IMG/VR virus record: IMGVR_UViG_3300028888_000097
Coordinates: 1-64,000 of that record
Strand: one strand, 5' to 3'
Origin: a virus
Lineage: Duplodnaviria; Caudoviricetes
DNA: 64,000 nt
How positions within the stretch are numbered: the first letter of the stretch is position 1; every line of letters begins with the position of its first letter. Positions 56,123-64,000 of the stretch are shown here, piece after piece. The translations under genes were made by a program, and so were the position numbers. Below the pieces are notes generated by a model. It was not told where the DNA came from and searched no databases. It saw nothing but the letters and a program-made list of their open reading frames with translations.

Positions 56123-56425
56123 TCAGAACGCGCCGGATTCGATGTCGGCGAGAAGGGCGGCGGCGTTCGATTCGGTCATTTCGATTTCAAGGTTGATTTG
56201 CACGTCGGTCATGAAGTTTTCAAGCATATCAGTGCGGCAATCGTCACGGAGAAGGTCAATCACAAAATCCCGGCCAAGTTCGCGCAGCCGTTCGGTCGTT
56301 ATGTCCTGTTCTTCGTGTGCGTCGGCGGCTTCTGCATAGCCGAGGCAGTTCAGCTCTTCGATGTCGCGGTGGGAGAAGTACCATTCGAGGCGTTCGCAGA
56401 ATTCTTCGTAAGTCATAGCTTCCAT
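56123..56425 (-). CDS. Hypothetical acidic protein
   Basis: RBS. Confidence 0.65.
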   Translation of the reverse strand: MEAMTYEEFCERLEWYFSHRDIEELNCLGYAEAADAHEEQDITTERLRELGRDFVIDLLRDDCRTDMLENFMTDVQINLEIEMTESNAAALLADIESGAF

Positions 56426-56515
56426 TCCTTTCGGTTGATTTGATTTTTATGAGGAAGTCAAGCGGGAAGAGCTTCAAGCGTTCATCCCGTTTGATTCCCC
56501 CATAAAGGGGGAAAA

Positions 56516-57256
56516 TCAGGCTATTTCATAATCATAACGGACTGTTGTGTGTTTCTCTGTCGGAATCCATAAAGTCACATCGGCGGCTGTTGTTTCCTTG
56601 TCTCCGAAGTACCGGGCGAGATATTCCTTGCATTCGTCCTCTGTTGCATATGGGATCGGAATATAATCCCATGATCCTTCGATTTCATCCGGATCGGTCG
56701 GCTCATCCTCTCCATCATGCACATATACTTCCCGGCCCGTCCCGAAGTATAACGCTTCGACAAACCGGCAGTATTCCTGTTCATTCCGGACGTCTTCGGA
56801 CGAGGGGAAGAAGATTTCGGCATAATCGCCTTGACAACTTCCGCGAATCGCATACCGGGAATATCTCTTTCCGGTAAACAGTTCCAGCAGAACGCGGGCC
56901 GGTTCTCCGTCAAATCCGTTTGAATCGGCGTCGAAAATCGCTTCCTTCCATGCGTGAATCAGGCGGGAAGAGCGTTTCTTTTCGTTCTCCCATCCGGGGA
57001 GATAATCATCAAGGACTTCCGAAACCGTCCGATATAACGTCCCGTCCGTATTCTTCGGATCAAGGTTTCGGAGATAATATGCAACGGTGTCAAGGTTTTC
57101 TTTCAGCTTCTTCCAGTCCTCCGTGAGAAAAGAGGCGCAATGGTCAAAGCCGACGACGTTCAGACCGATTTCATCACATTCGGTCATAAAATCGAAGTAA
57201 ACAGAAATGTCAGTATATTCATCCCACGGCGTGAGACGTGCAAAGATTTTTTTCAT
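56516..57256 (-). CDS. Hypothetical protein
   Basis: IRGSCQGDY motif; GGGAGGAAAG RBS. Confidence 0.7.
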   Translation of the reverse strand: MKKIFARLTPWDEYTDISVYFDFMTECDEIGLNVVGFDHCASFLTEDWKKLKENLDTVAYYLRNLDPKNTDGTLYRTVSEVLDDYLPGWENEKKRSSRLIHAWKEAIFDADSNGFDGEPARVLLELFTGKRYSRYAIRGSCQGDYAEIFFPSSEDVRNEQEYCRFVEALYFGTGREVYVHDGEDEPTDPDEIEGSWDYIPIPYATEDECKEYLARYFGDKETTAADVTLWIPTEKHTTVRYDYEIA

Positions 57257-57270
57257 TGTTCTTTCCTCCC

Positions 57271-57477
57271 TTATGCGACGATTTTTCCGTCTTTTGTGAT
57301 TTCAATGTATGCGGTCGGCTTTTCTCTCTCAATCAGTTTTTTCGTTTCGCTTGCTAATCCTAACGTCGGGAAATCTTCGGTATAATCCGGCGTATTCCTG
57401 TACCAATAGGACCGGCCCGTGTATTTTGTGAGAGTGTACGGCGTTTCATTTCGGACCGTGAAAGGATATTCGATCAT
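57271..57477 (-). CDS. Hypothetical protein
   Basis: GAAAGGA RBS. Confidence 0.55.
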   Translation of the reverse strand: MIEYPFTVRNETPYTLTKYTGRSYWYRNTPDYTEDFPTLGLASETKKLIEREKPTAYIEITKDGKIVA

Positions 57478-57538
57478 GTTCTTTCCTTTCTCCCCGTTTG
57501 GCCGATAGGTCAGCCGGATTTCAGTTCGTTCGGTTTGT

Positions 57539-59317
57539 TTACCTCTGGAAGGTATCAATCAGGGGTTCATATCCGTGCGCCCTGTGCCATTCGATCACGG
57601 TTTTCAGGAATTCTTTTGAATTCATTCCGGCGAACAGGGCTTCACTCATGTTTTCATTGATTCGGCGATATTTCAGCGTGTCCGGGATTTCGGGGAGGAT
57701 CCCTTTATAGATCAGGGTTTCGCCGTTCGGCGTGAAATGCAAGCGGCGGCCGTTCCGTTTTCCCTTTGGAATGAAATCCAATTCTGCCGCGTCTTCATAC
57801 TGCGCATACCGCTGCGCGGTCAGTTTCAGCAGTTTCCCGGAAGTCTGTGCGGCTCCCATTGTCCAGGGATCAACGCGGAGAATTGTGATTTCGTCTCCTT
57901 CGTTCAGGTTCGCCGCTTCAATCTGTTCTTTCAGCGGCGCGGGGATATAGATTTCCGGTTTTTCGAGGCTTTCCGCTTCAATTTTTCCTTCATATACCGG
58001 CGCGGGGATCCGTTCCGTTTCGTCTGATTCGACGTAAACATAACGGGCATAGGTATAACCTTCAGGATCGACGATATATTTCAGCGTTTCGCCGTCATAG
58101 ATTCCGACACAGTCCGCCATATAAATTGATACGCTTTCCCTCTGTTCGGCGGTCAGCAGGTGGAAGTCTTCGGACGATTTCAGCCGCGCGTCATTCATGC
58201 GCGTCCCTCCCTTCCCGGCGAGGAACGACCAGTCTTCAAGGAAATTCCGTTCAAAATACCGGAGCATTTCGGAATCCGTAAACGTGACTTTCCGGGACAC
58301 AATCGCATCATGCTTTTTGATGTTCTCAGGATCTTCGATCCGATCCCGGAGCGATTCGGCGGAATCCTCTTTTCCGTATCCGCCGCGCAGGTTTGTGAAA
58401 GCGATTTGTTCCGATTCGTTCAAATCTTCCACAACAACGGCGGATTCGATTTCGTGACAGTATTCGGCATGCGCGCGGGAAAAGATTTCCCGTTCATCCT
58501 GTTCCGCGTTTATCTGCCGGACGGCGGCCGCGCTTTCCTGTTCAAGCCGATCCTCTTTTGCCCGTTCTTCATCGGCAAGCATGCGGCGGAAGTTCATGAT
58601 TTCGGCGACGGTGTTTTCATCCTGTTCCGTTTCCTTGTATTCATAGGACAGTTCCACGCCGCCGTAAAGCTCATGCCGTGCGCCATAGTCCGCATAATAG
58701 TCCCCGTCGTCGGCGTCCGCCGCTTTATACAGTTTGTCAGCATAATTCAGGACGGCGGCCAATTCGGGAGAAGGTTCTTTTTTGTCCTGTCTGTCTCTCC
58801 AGTCCCAAGCGTCCGGATCACCCTTGACGGTTTCCATCGAATACGGCCCGGCCTGAATTTTCACGTTTACATGATCCAGATATCCGGCCCCGCCGGAAGT
58901 GACGGAAAATTTCATTTCGGGAAAACGAGCTTTCAGGACCTTGCGGAAATAGTCGGCGGCAGCGCGTTCATATCGCCAGCCCTTTTCCTTGCATTCCGTG
59001 CGGATTTCGCTTTTCACGGCGTTTTCCGTGCCGTATGCCGGAATTTTATCCGTCCGCGTCCGATCCCACAGGGACGGGAGAACGAGAGCAGGGGACGCCT
59101 TGACGGTTTCGGATTTCTCCGCGCTCTCCGCGCTATTTGTGAGAGCATGCGCGAGAGCAAGACGGGCCGGATTCTCTTTTGCGTACCATATCCGCTTGAC
59201 GTTATGCCAGCGGAAACCGGCAGATTTCAGATTTTCGCGGATTTCTTCGGACGGTTTTCCGGGGAAAGTGATTTCGATTCCGGAAAATTCGGGATTGATG
59301 GTAAAAGTGGCGTTCAT
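57539..59317 (-). CDS. Polyvalent-type protein with LPD29-like domain
   Basis: N-terminal GIEI.F..KP..E.R..LK..GFRW..IWY; RKVLKARFP..KFSV....HVNV.I..GP. Confidence 0.6.
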   Translation of the reverse strand: MNATFTINPEFSGIEITFPGKPSEEIRENLKSAGFRWHNVKRIWYAKENPARLALAHALTNSAESAEKSETVKASPALVLPSLWDRTRTDKIPAYGTENAVKSEIRTECKEKGWRYERAAADYFRKVLKARFPEMKFSVTSGGAGYLDHVNVKIQAGPYSMETVKGDPDAWDWRDRQDKKEPSPELAAVLNYADKLYKAADADDGDYYADYGARHELYGGVELSYEYKETEQDENTVAEIMNFRRMLADEERAKEDRLEQESAAAVRQINAEQDEREIFSRAHAEYCHEIESAVVVEDLNESEQIAFTNLRGGYGKEDSAESLRDRIEDPENIKKHDAIVSRKVTFTDSEMLRYFERNFLEDWSFLAGKGGTRMNDARLKSSEDFHLLTAEQRESVSIYMADCVGIYDGETLKYIVDPEGYTYARYVYVESDETERIPAPVYEGKIEAESLEKPEIYIPAPLKEQIEAANLNEGDEITILRVDPWTMGAAQTSGKLLKLTAQRYAQYEDAAELDFIPKGKRNGRRLHFTPNGETLIYKGILPEIPDTLKYRRINENMSEALFAGMNSKEFLKTVIEWHRAHGYEPLIDTFQR

Positions 59318-59399
59318 GGTAAAATCTCCTTTATGATATGATTTTATGGTTTAATAGCAGACGGAAAGGCCGGGACGCGTCCGGCCCTTGCGTCCGGCA

Positions 59400-59570
59400 T
59401 TAAGCCGGAAGATGATCGAGAATGATGCAGGGACCGAAACGATTTTCCGCCCGTCTGATTGCATCCTCCCGGGAGGCGGCCAGATCGAAACCGGCCCACG
59501 GTTTAGAAACGTCCCACCAGTAGGAAATATGGCCGTTCCAGAGCTTGAGCGTGATAACTTTCTTTTTCAT
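59400..59570 (-). CDS. 56-aa hypothetical protein (below track cut-off)
   Basis: MKKKVITLKLWNGHISYWWD; AGAAGG RBS; overlaps upstream stop. Confidence 0.5.
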   Translation of the reverse strand: MKKKVITLKLWNGHISYWWDVSKPWAGFDLAASREDAIRRAENRFGPCIILDHLPA

Positions 59571-59839
59571 GCCGTGATACCTTCTTTCTTAATTGAGTGA
59601 TAGATTTCGAGGAATTCACAATAAGCGGAGCCGTTCAGCCGATAGAATTCGGAATTATATACCGGATCCATAGAATGAAACAAGCGAACATGTCCGGAAA
59701 AATAGCTGTCATCGATTCCGGATTCCCGCAGGAAATGAAAACGGCGTGAAGAGCTTTCAAACGCGTTCAGGAAAGCCCGCGTAAAGTGGGACGTCTTGCA
59801 ATGACGGCGCAGCAGTTCCGACTTGATTTTTTGATACAT
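59567..59839 (-). CDS. Hypothetical protein
   Basis: AAGGAGG RBS. Confidence 0.65.
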   Translation of the reverse strand: MYQKIKSELLRRHCKTSHFTRAFLNAFESSSRRFHFLRESGIDDSYFSGHVRLFHSMDPVYNSEFYRLNGSAYCEFLEIYHSIKKEGITA

Positions 59840-59852
59840 GGTAAAACCTCCT

Positions 59853-60008
59853 TTATTCGTAGATGTGAACTTGATCGTTAATCACAAGCGCATTGTCGTG
59901 AACGTCGGCGTTATAAATTACATAATAGTAACCGATCCAGAATCCGACGGAAGCGGAGAGGATCAGAAAAGAAACGGCGATGAGAAATGAAAGAAAACGG
60001 TTTTTCAT
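59853..60008 (-). CDS. Small TM protein
   Basis: GGAGG RBS; single hydrophobic helix. Confidence 0.6.
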   Translation of the reverse strand: MKNRFLSFLIAVSFLILSASVGFWIGYYYVIYNADVHDNALVINDQVHIYE

Positions 60009-60112
60009 GGATAAACCTCCAGATTTTGGAATGATTTGATTTTTTTCGGGAAATTTCGCCGGATGAAATTCCGTCATCCGGTCAAATCCCCCGAAAAAAG
60101 GGGGGGGAGAGG

Positions 60113-60418
60113 TTAAACGCGAACCGCGAAGAATGAACCGGGGACAGCATCGGCAAAACAGCCGTTTTCCTCTTCCATTTCGACGCCGACAAGCTCACCG
60201 GAAAAACCGATCCGCGCCAGAGCGTCAAGGACAGCGGAAACGTCGCAGGGAGCGACATAAGCAACGGAAACGAGATCGGAAAGAACTCTTTCCATTTGGC
60301 CGACTTTTTTTGTCCCGGAATAGATTCCGCGATAGCAACGGGAGCCGATGAAAGCGGACGCTTTTTCAGCGTTTGCAAGGCCGTCAAGGTAGACGGTATA
60401 ATAGCGTTTAGTTTCCAT
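60113..60418 (-). CDS. First gene of leftward operon, hypothetical
   Basis: AAGAGG RBS. Confidence 0.6.
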   Translation of the reverse strand: METKRYYTVYLDGLANAEKASAFIGSRCYRGIYSGTKKVGQMERVLSDLVSVAYVAPCDVSAVLDALARIGFSGELVGVEMEEENGCFADAVPGSFFAVRV

Positions 60419-60453
60419 GTTAAACCTCTTTTTGTGTTTATTGGTTTGTTTAT

Positions 60454-60527
60454 CGTCGGAACCGTTCGACGTTCCCGAATCGGGAAAAATGGGAAAATGG
60501 TTTATTTTACGTCGGAACCGTTCGACG
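60454..60527. repeat. Two identical 18-bp self-complementary repeats in the leftward leader
   Basis: CGTCGGAACCGTTCGACG at 60454 and 60510. Confidence 0.8.
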
Positions 60528-60762
60528 CCCCCAAAAGGGAAGGTTTTATATATTCGCGCCGCCTGTTTTACTTCTCTTTCGTCGGTCCGGACAAGTCAAC
60601 GGACGGGAGCGGAGAATCACACTTTATCCGCGCAGCGCGTTTGAATTTTCAATGAACTATGTCCCTTTTCGGACTATTTCAGCGGTTTACCGGACCGCAT
60701 CCAGGTTTTCAACCTCTTTCCGTCCGCGCGTCCCGCGCGCGTTCTTTTTATCTGTTGGCATA

Positions 60763-60791
60763 ATTATACCACCATTAGCGTTAAATGTCAA
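60763..60791 (-). promoter_or_regulatory. Consensus leftward promoter
   Basis: TTGACA-17 bp-TATAAT. Confidence 0.88.
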
Positions 60792-60819
60792 TCCCTTTTT
60801 CAAAACTTTAGCGTTAAAT
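60775..60819. promoter_or_regulatory. Operator-like direct repeats
   Basis: TTAGCGTTAAAT at 60775 and 60808; the first overlaps the leftward promoter. Confidence 0.6.
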
Positions 60820-60886
60820 ATCGCACAACAATTCAGGCCGTTTATAGCCGCCTTTAGTGCTATATGCTGAAAAATCAAAATCATTA

Positions 60887-60915
60887 TTGACAGCGGTTTT
60901 ATTATCGTGTATAAT
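60887..60915 (+). promoter_or_regulatory. Consensus rightward promoter
   Basis: TTGACA-17 bp-TATAAT. Confidence 0.88.
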
Positions 60916-60937
60916 ACGCAAAAACGGAGATTGAAAC

Positions 60938-61192
60938 ATGGAACAAAAAGAAATCAATCGCTATAGCATGGAGTATAACAAAAACGCATATGACAGGTTA
61001 ACGCTATACATCCCAAAAGGCACCCGCGCCCAGCTTAAAGCGGAAGCCGCCCGCCGTGGCTTGCAATCCGTCAACGCCCTACTCAATCAGCTAATCGCTC
61101 AGATTCTCCCGCCCGATCTCACGGAGCCGTCCGGACAAATCCCCGAGAACGCAGAGCGGGAGACAGCCGCGCCCACGGAGCCGGAGGATTAA
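60938..61192 (+). CDS. Arc/ribbon-helix-helix DNA-binding protein
   Basis: YNKNAYDRLTLYIPKG.RA.LKAEAA.RG.QSVN.LL. Confidence 0.8.
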   Translation: MEQKEINRYSMEYNKNAYDRLTLYIPKGTRAQLKAEAARRGLQSVNALLNQLIAQILPPDLTEPSGQIPENAERETAAPTEPED

Positions 61193-61720
61193 CGCCCACG
61201 GGACCGGCCCCCGCCCCCCTGTACAAGCTCCGCCGCATCCGCATTCCGATCCCGTCCCCGTCCGCGCTAATCCTCTCCGGCCAGCCGATCCCATCGGCAC
61301 CCGCGACCCGCTCCCGATCCGCGCAGAATCAGCAGGACGCCCCACAGCCGCCGACCGCCGACAGCAGGACGCACACCGACCGCGCCCACCATCCCCGACC
61401 GTCAGCCGCGCCCGCAAAATGCACCAGCCGCGACAGCCCCCGACCATACGCACAGCCCCGCGCCGTCACTACCGGCACCACCGGCACCGCCCGCGCCAGC
61501 CCCCCGCGCAGAAAACCGACGGAGAGCGGAAAAGCCGAAGGACAGCCGCGCCCGGAATCAGAGCGGAATGGAATTAAAGCAAATCCCCCGCCCGTCCCCA
61601 CGAATTCCCGATAATTCCCCCCGTTTTCATCCGTTCCCGCCCGTTCCACGGAGGAAGTCCGGACAAATTGCACAGAAAAAAAGACAGAAGGGGGAGGGAC
61701 TTTCTACGGGGGGAAATTTC

Positions 61721-61787
61721 CGTAAATTATAGATTAACTATAATGGAGAGAATTTATTCTCTCCCATACGTTAATCTATAATTTACG
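61721..61787. repeat. 67-bp AT-rich near-perfect palindrome
   Basis: CGTAAATTATAGATTAAC/GTTAATCTATAATTTACG outer arms plus GAGAGAAT-TT-ATTCTCTC core. Confidence 0.9.
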
Positions 61788-62408
61788 TGATCTTCTCCCC
61801 CGCCCAAATTCCCCGCTTTTTCTGCGATTTTGCGCACGTCCGACAGCCCGGAGAACGCCAGGAGCGCGCAATAATGGGATATAATCGCGCGTTTTAAGGT
61901 TGACGGGGGTATTTTTTAACTCACTCCGCCCCATTTCCCGGCTCCCAGCCTCTTAGCACTTCCTCTCCCCCTCTATTTCTCTTCGCGCTGACTTAGCGTT
62001 GAGATGTGGAGGGTAGCGAAGGGTAGGGGAGGCATGGGTCGTGAGCTGTAGGGGGAGTGGTATGGCTGCGTATGGGGAAGGGATGGCGTAGGCGGGAGTG
62101 CATAGTCCGGTAGCGTTTGCGTGGAGTGAATGTCTCGCGTGTAATGGGTGTCTCGCGTGGAGCGATCGTCTTCGAGTGGATGTGCGAACCGGAACTGACG
62201 GGGGAGAGACCCGGCGGAATCTGACAGATGGTGCGGAAACAAAAAAGAGCGGAGACTACCGAAGATGGCAGCTCCGCGTTGTTGCGTTGGTGGGTATTGT
62301 TGAGGTGTGAAGCGGGTACAGTTCAGCGTAGGATCGTTTAGGCCGCACCTGACCGGCATTAGGGGACCGGGGATAATATAGTTTAACGCGTAAATTAGAC
62401 AACGGATT

Positions 62409-62729
62409 CGTTGTCTCGGCGTTGTCTTTTCGTTGTCTCGATGTTTGTGTAGCGAGTCCAGAATACTGGATTTGTTTGTCTGTAATGTTTCAAATATTGG
62501 ACGGATTGGAGAAATATTCGGTGGGACTAATATTCGGCTGTGGAAAAGCGACAAAAAAGCCCCTCGGAACTTCGTGAAAAGTATCCAAAGGGCAATTACC
62601 GGGTAAGCGGATGGGGGGAATCGAACCTCTGCGGTTTATAGCTCTGAATCTGTTGTTTTCTTTGTTTTTCTCGTTTTTACTCGTTTGTTTGAGCGTTCGG
62701 GATGAAATTCGTTGTCTTTTTCGTTGTCT
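62409..62729. other. attP: tRNA 3'-end core with arm-type repeats
   Basis: Core 62606-62627 reads GGTTCGATTCCCCCCATCCGCT on minus strand; CGTTGTCT at 62409, 62420, 62431, 62710, 62722; adjacent to integrase 3' end. Confidence 0.75.
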
Positions 62730-62763
62730 CGGGGTTGTATTGGGGATTGTCTGTGGTGGGGGT

Positions 62764-63810
62764 TTATTGGTTATTATTGGCAGAGGGGTTAAGGTTGTCG
62801 AGTGCGGTCATGAGGTCTTGGTTGACTTCGGATTCTTTGGAAGCGAGGTACTCTTGGTATCTCTTGAGCATGTGGTTTGTGGCGTGACCCATGCGCTCCA
62901 TCTGGTACTGCTCCGGGATGTTGAGGGCGGACATGACGGAAGCGTAGTAGTGGCGGAGGCCGTGGAAGGTGCAGTTGACTCCGCACTGCTTGGCAATGGG
63001 GGTGAAGCTGGTTGTAATGGTGTTTGGTTTATAGGGCTGGTAGTTGGGGTTGTCGCGGGCTTCGGCGAGTTTGTCAAGGACCCAGACGGGGCAGGGTACG
63101 GTACGTTCTCCGGCGGTGGTTTTGGTGTCCTTCAGGACGTAGGCGTTGTCCGGACCAATGACGAGGGCTTTGTCGATGTGGATGAGGCCCTTGTGGTAGT
63201 CGATGTCCTCGGCGAGGTTGAGGGCGCAGATTTCGGATCTTCTGAGTCCGCAAGTGGCGGCGAGGAGGACGGGAATTTCGAGGGGGGTATTTTCTATCTC
63301 CTTGAAGAGGCGGAAAAGGGAGTCCTGTTCGGGCATATCCAGACGCTTGCGCTTGACGGAGGGGAGGCGGACGTAGATCTTGACGTTGCGCTTTGCCTCC
63401 TTGACGGCGGCGTAGAGGAGGTTCCAGCGGTTGGCGACGGTTTTGGGCTTGACGGATTCGGCGTAGGCGTCGATGGACTGCTGGCAGATCTCATCGGTGA
63501 GTTCGCCGATGGTGAGGTTCATCAGCTCGGGGAAAGCGGACCGGGCGTGTTTTTTGTAATCCTGAAGGGTTGAGGGCGAGAGATCCTTTTCCCGGCGGGC
63601 GATGTACTGCTCTACTGCCTCCCGGACGGTAAGGGACATGGCGGAGATAGTTTTCGGGTTTTCGCCCTCCAGTGCCTTGACCTTCTCGTGGAGCTTGGCT
63701 TTGGTTGGGGCTGTCAGGTGCTTGTAGGTCTTTTTCCCGGTAGTGGGATCGACGCCGATGAAAACGGTGATCTCCCATGATCCGGATGCGGTTTTCTTGG
63801 CGGTAGCCAT
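62764..63810 (-). CDS. int: Phage integrase (tyrosine recombinase 3, arm-binding N-domain)
   Basis: GSWEITVFIGVDP.TGK; CGLRRSE, KT.AG.R, FHGLRH, MGH, RY; AAGGAGG RBS. Confidence 0.93.
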   Translation of the reverse strand: MATAKKTASGSWEITVFIGVDPTTGKKTYKHLTAPTKAKLHEKVKALEGENPKTISAMSLTVREAVEQYIARREKDLSPSTLQDYKKHARSAFPELMNLTIGELTDEICQQSIDAYAESVKPKTVANRWNLLYAAVKEAKRNVKIYVRLPSVKRKRLDMPEQDSLFRLFKEIENTPLEIPVLLAATCGLRRSEICALNLAEDIDYHKGLIHIDKALVIGPDNAYVLKDTKTTAGERTVPCPVWVLDKLAEARDNPNYQPYKPNTITTSFTPIAKQCGVNCTFHGLRHYYASVMSALNIPEQYQMERMGHATNHMLKRYQEYLASKESEVNQDLMTALDNLNPSANNNQ

Positions 63811-63840
63811 AAAATCCTCCTTTCTGAGTTAGGGGGTTGC

Positions 63841-63869
63841 TTGACAGGCGGAGGATTTCATGATAAAAT
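63841..63869 (+). promoter_or_regulatory. Rightward promoter divergent from integrase
   Basis: TTGACA-17 bp-TAAAAT. Confidence 0.7.
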
Positions 63870-63902
63870 CAATTCGTCCTCCGGTGACGGCGGGACATAT
63901 AG

Positions 63903-63942
63903 GCGCGTTCAGTTCTCTTGGCGGGGGACGGACGCGCTTTTT
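63903..63942 (+). terminator. Terminator-like hairpin shortly after that promoter
   Basis: GCGCGTTC/GGACGCGC stem plus T-tract. Confidence 0.65.
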
Positions 63943-64000
63943 GTTTTTAATAATACATTGAATCGACGATCTTAAAATCTCCGGCTTTATCGACCATGAA

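Noticed and set aside
60454-60527. Second mini CRISPR (two repeats, 38-bp spacer)
   Set aside because: Repeats are only 18 bp, there is one spacer, and it is AT-rich and self-structured; no cas gene nearby
61721-61787. Protelomerase telRL site of a linear-plasmid prophage
   Set aside because: No protelomerase in the window, and the phage has integrase plus attP; kept only as an origin or packaging candidate
61091-62554. ORFs 61091..61453, 61329..61673, 61973..62554
   Set aside because: Low-complexity translations of a skewed non-coding region
1-64000. Stop-codon recoding
   Set aside because: Long genes are intact in code 11 and no suppressor tRNA is present

Overview
64 kb segment of a temperate, tailed (siphovirus-like) phage with an SPbeta-like head module. 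A Clostridia/Bacillota host is inferred from RecU, an XlyA-type amidase, AAGGAGG RBSs and consensus sigma70/sigmaA promoters. The standard genetic code fits all long genes. Left to right: an intein-containing DNA methyltransferase; small accessory ORFs; a consensus promoter; packaging genes (terS-like, NUMOD4-HNH insert, terL, portal); six tRNAs interleaved with structured non-tRNA elements; head genes; a fibre-like gene whose AT-rich C-terminal 2 kb is bracketed by 28-bp recombinase-like sites next to a tyrosine recombinase; lysis genes; the tail module, including a second tail-tube paralogue; RecU; a 499-aa TnpB/Cas12-like RuvC nuclease followed by a 4-repeat mini CRISPR array with no cas1/cas2 or tnpA in the window; a second tyrosine recombinase; about 11 kb of small leftward ORFs; a divergent-promoter switch with an Arc-like repressor; a non-coding region with a 67-bp palindrome; and an intact attP (tRNA 3'-end core plus arm repeats) beside the integrase. 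Top leads: (1) the TnpB-CRISPR mini-system, (2) the recombinase-bracketed fibre cassette, (3) a duplicated, covarying structured RNA in the tRNA cluster. All family assignments come from motif recognition by eye; no searches were run.
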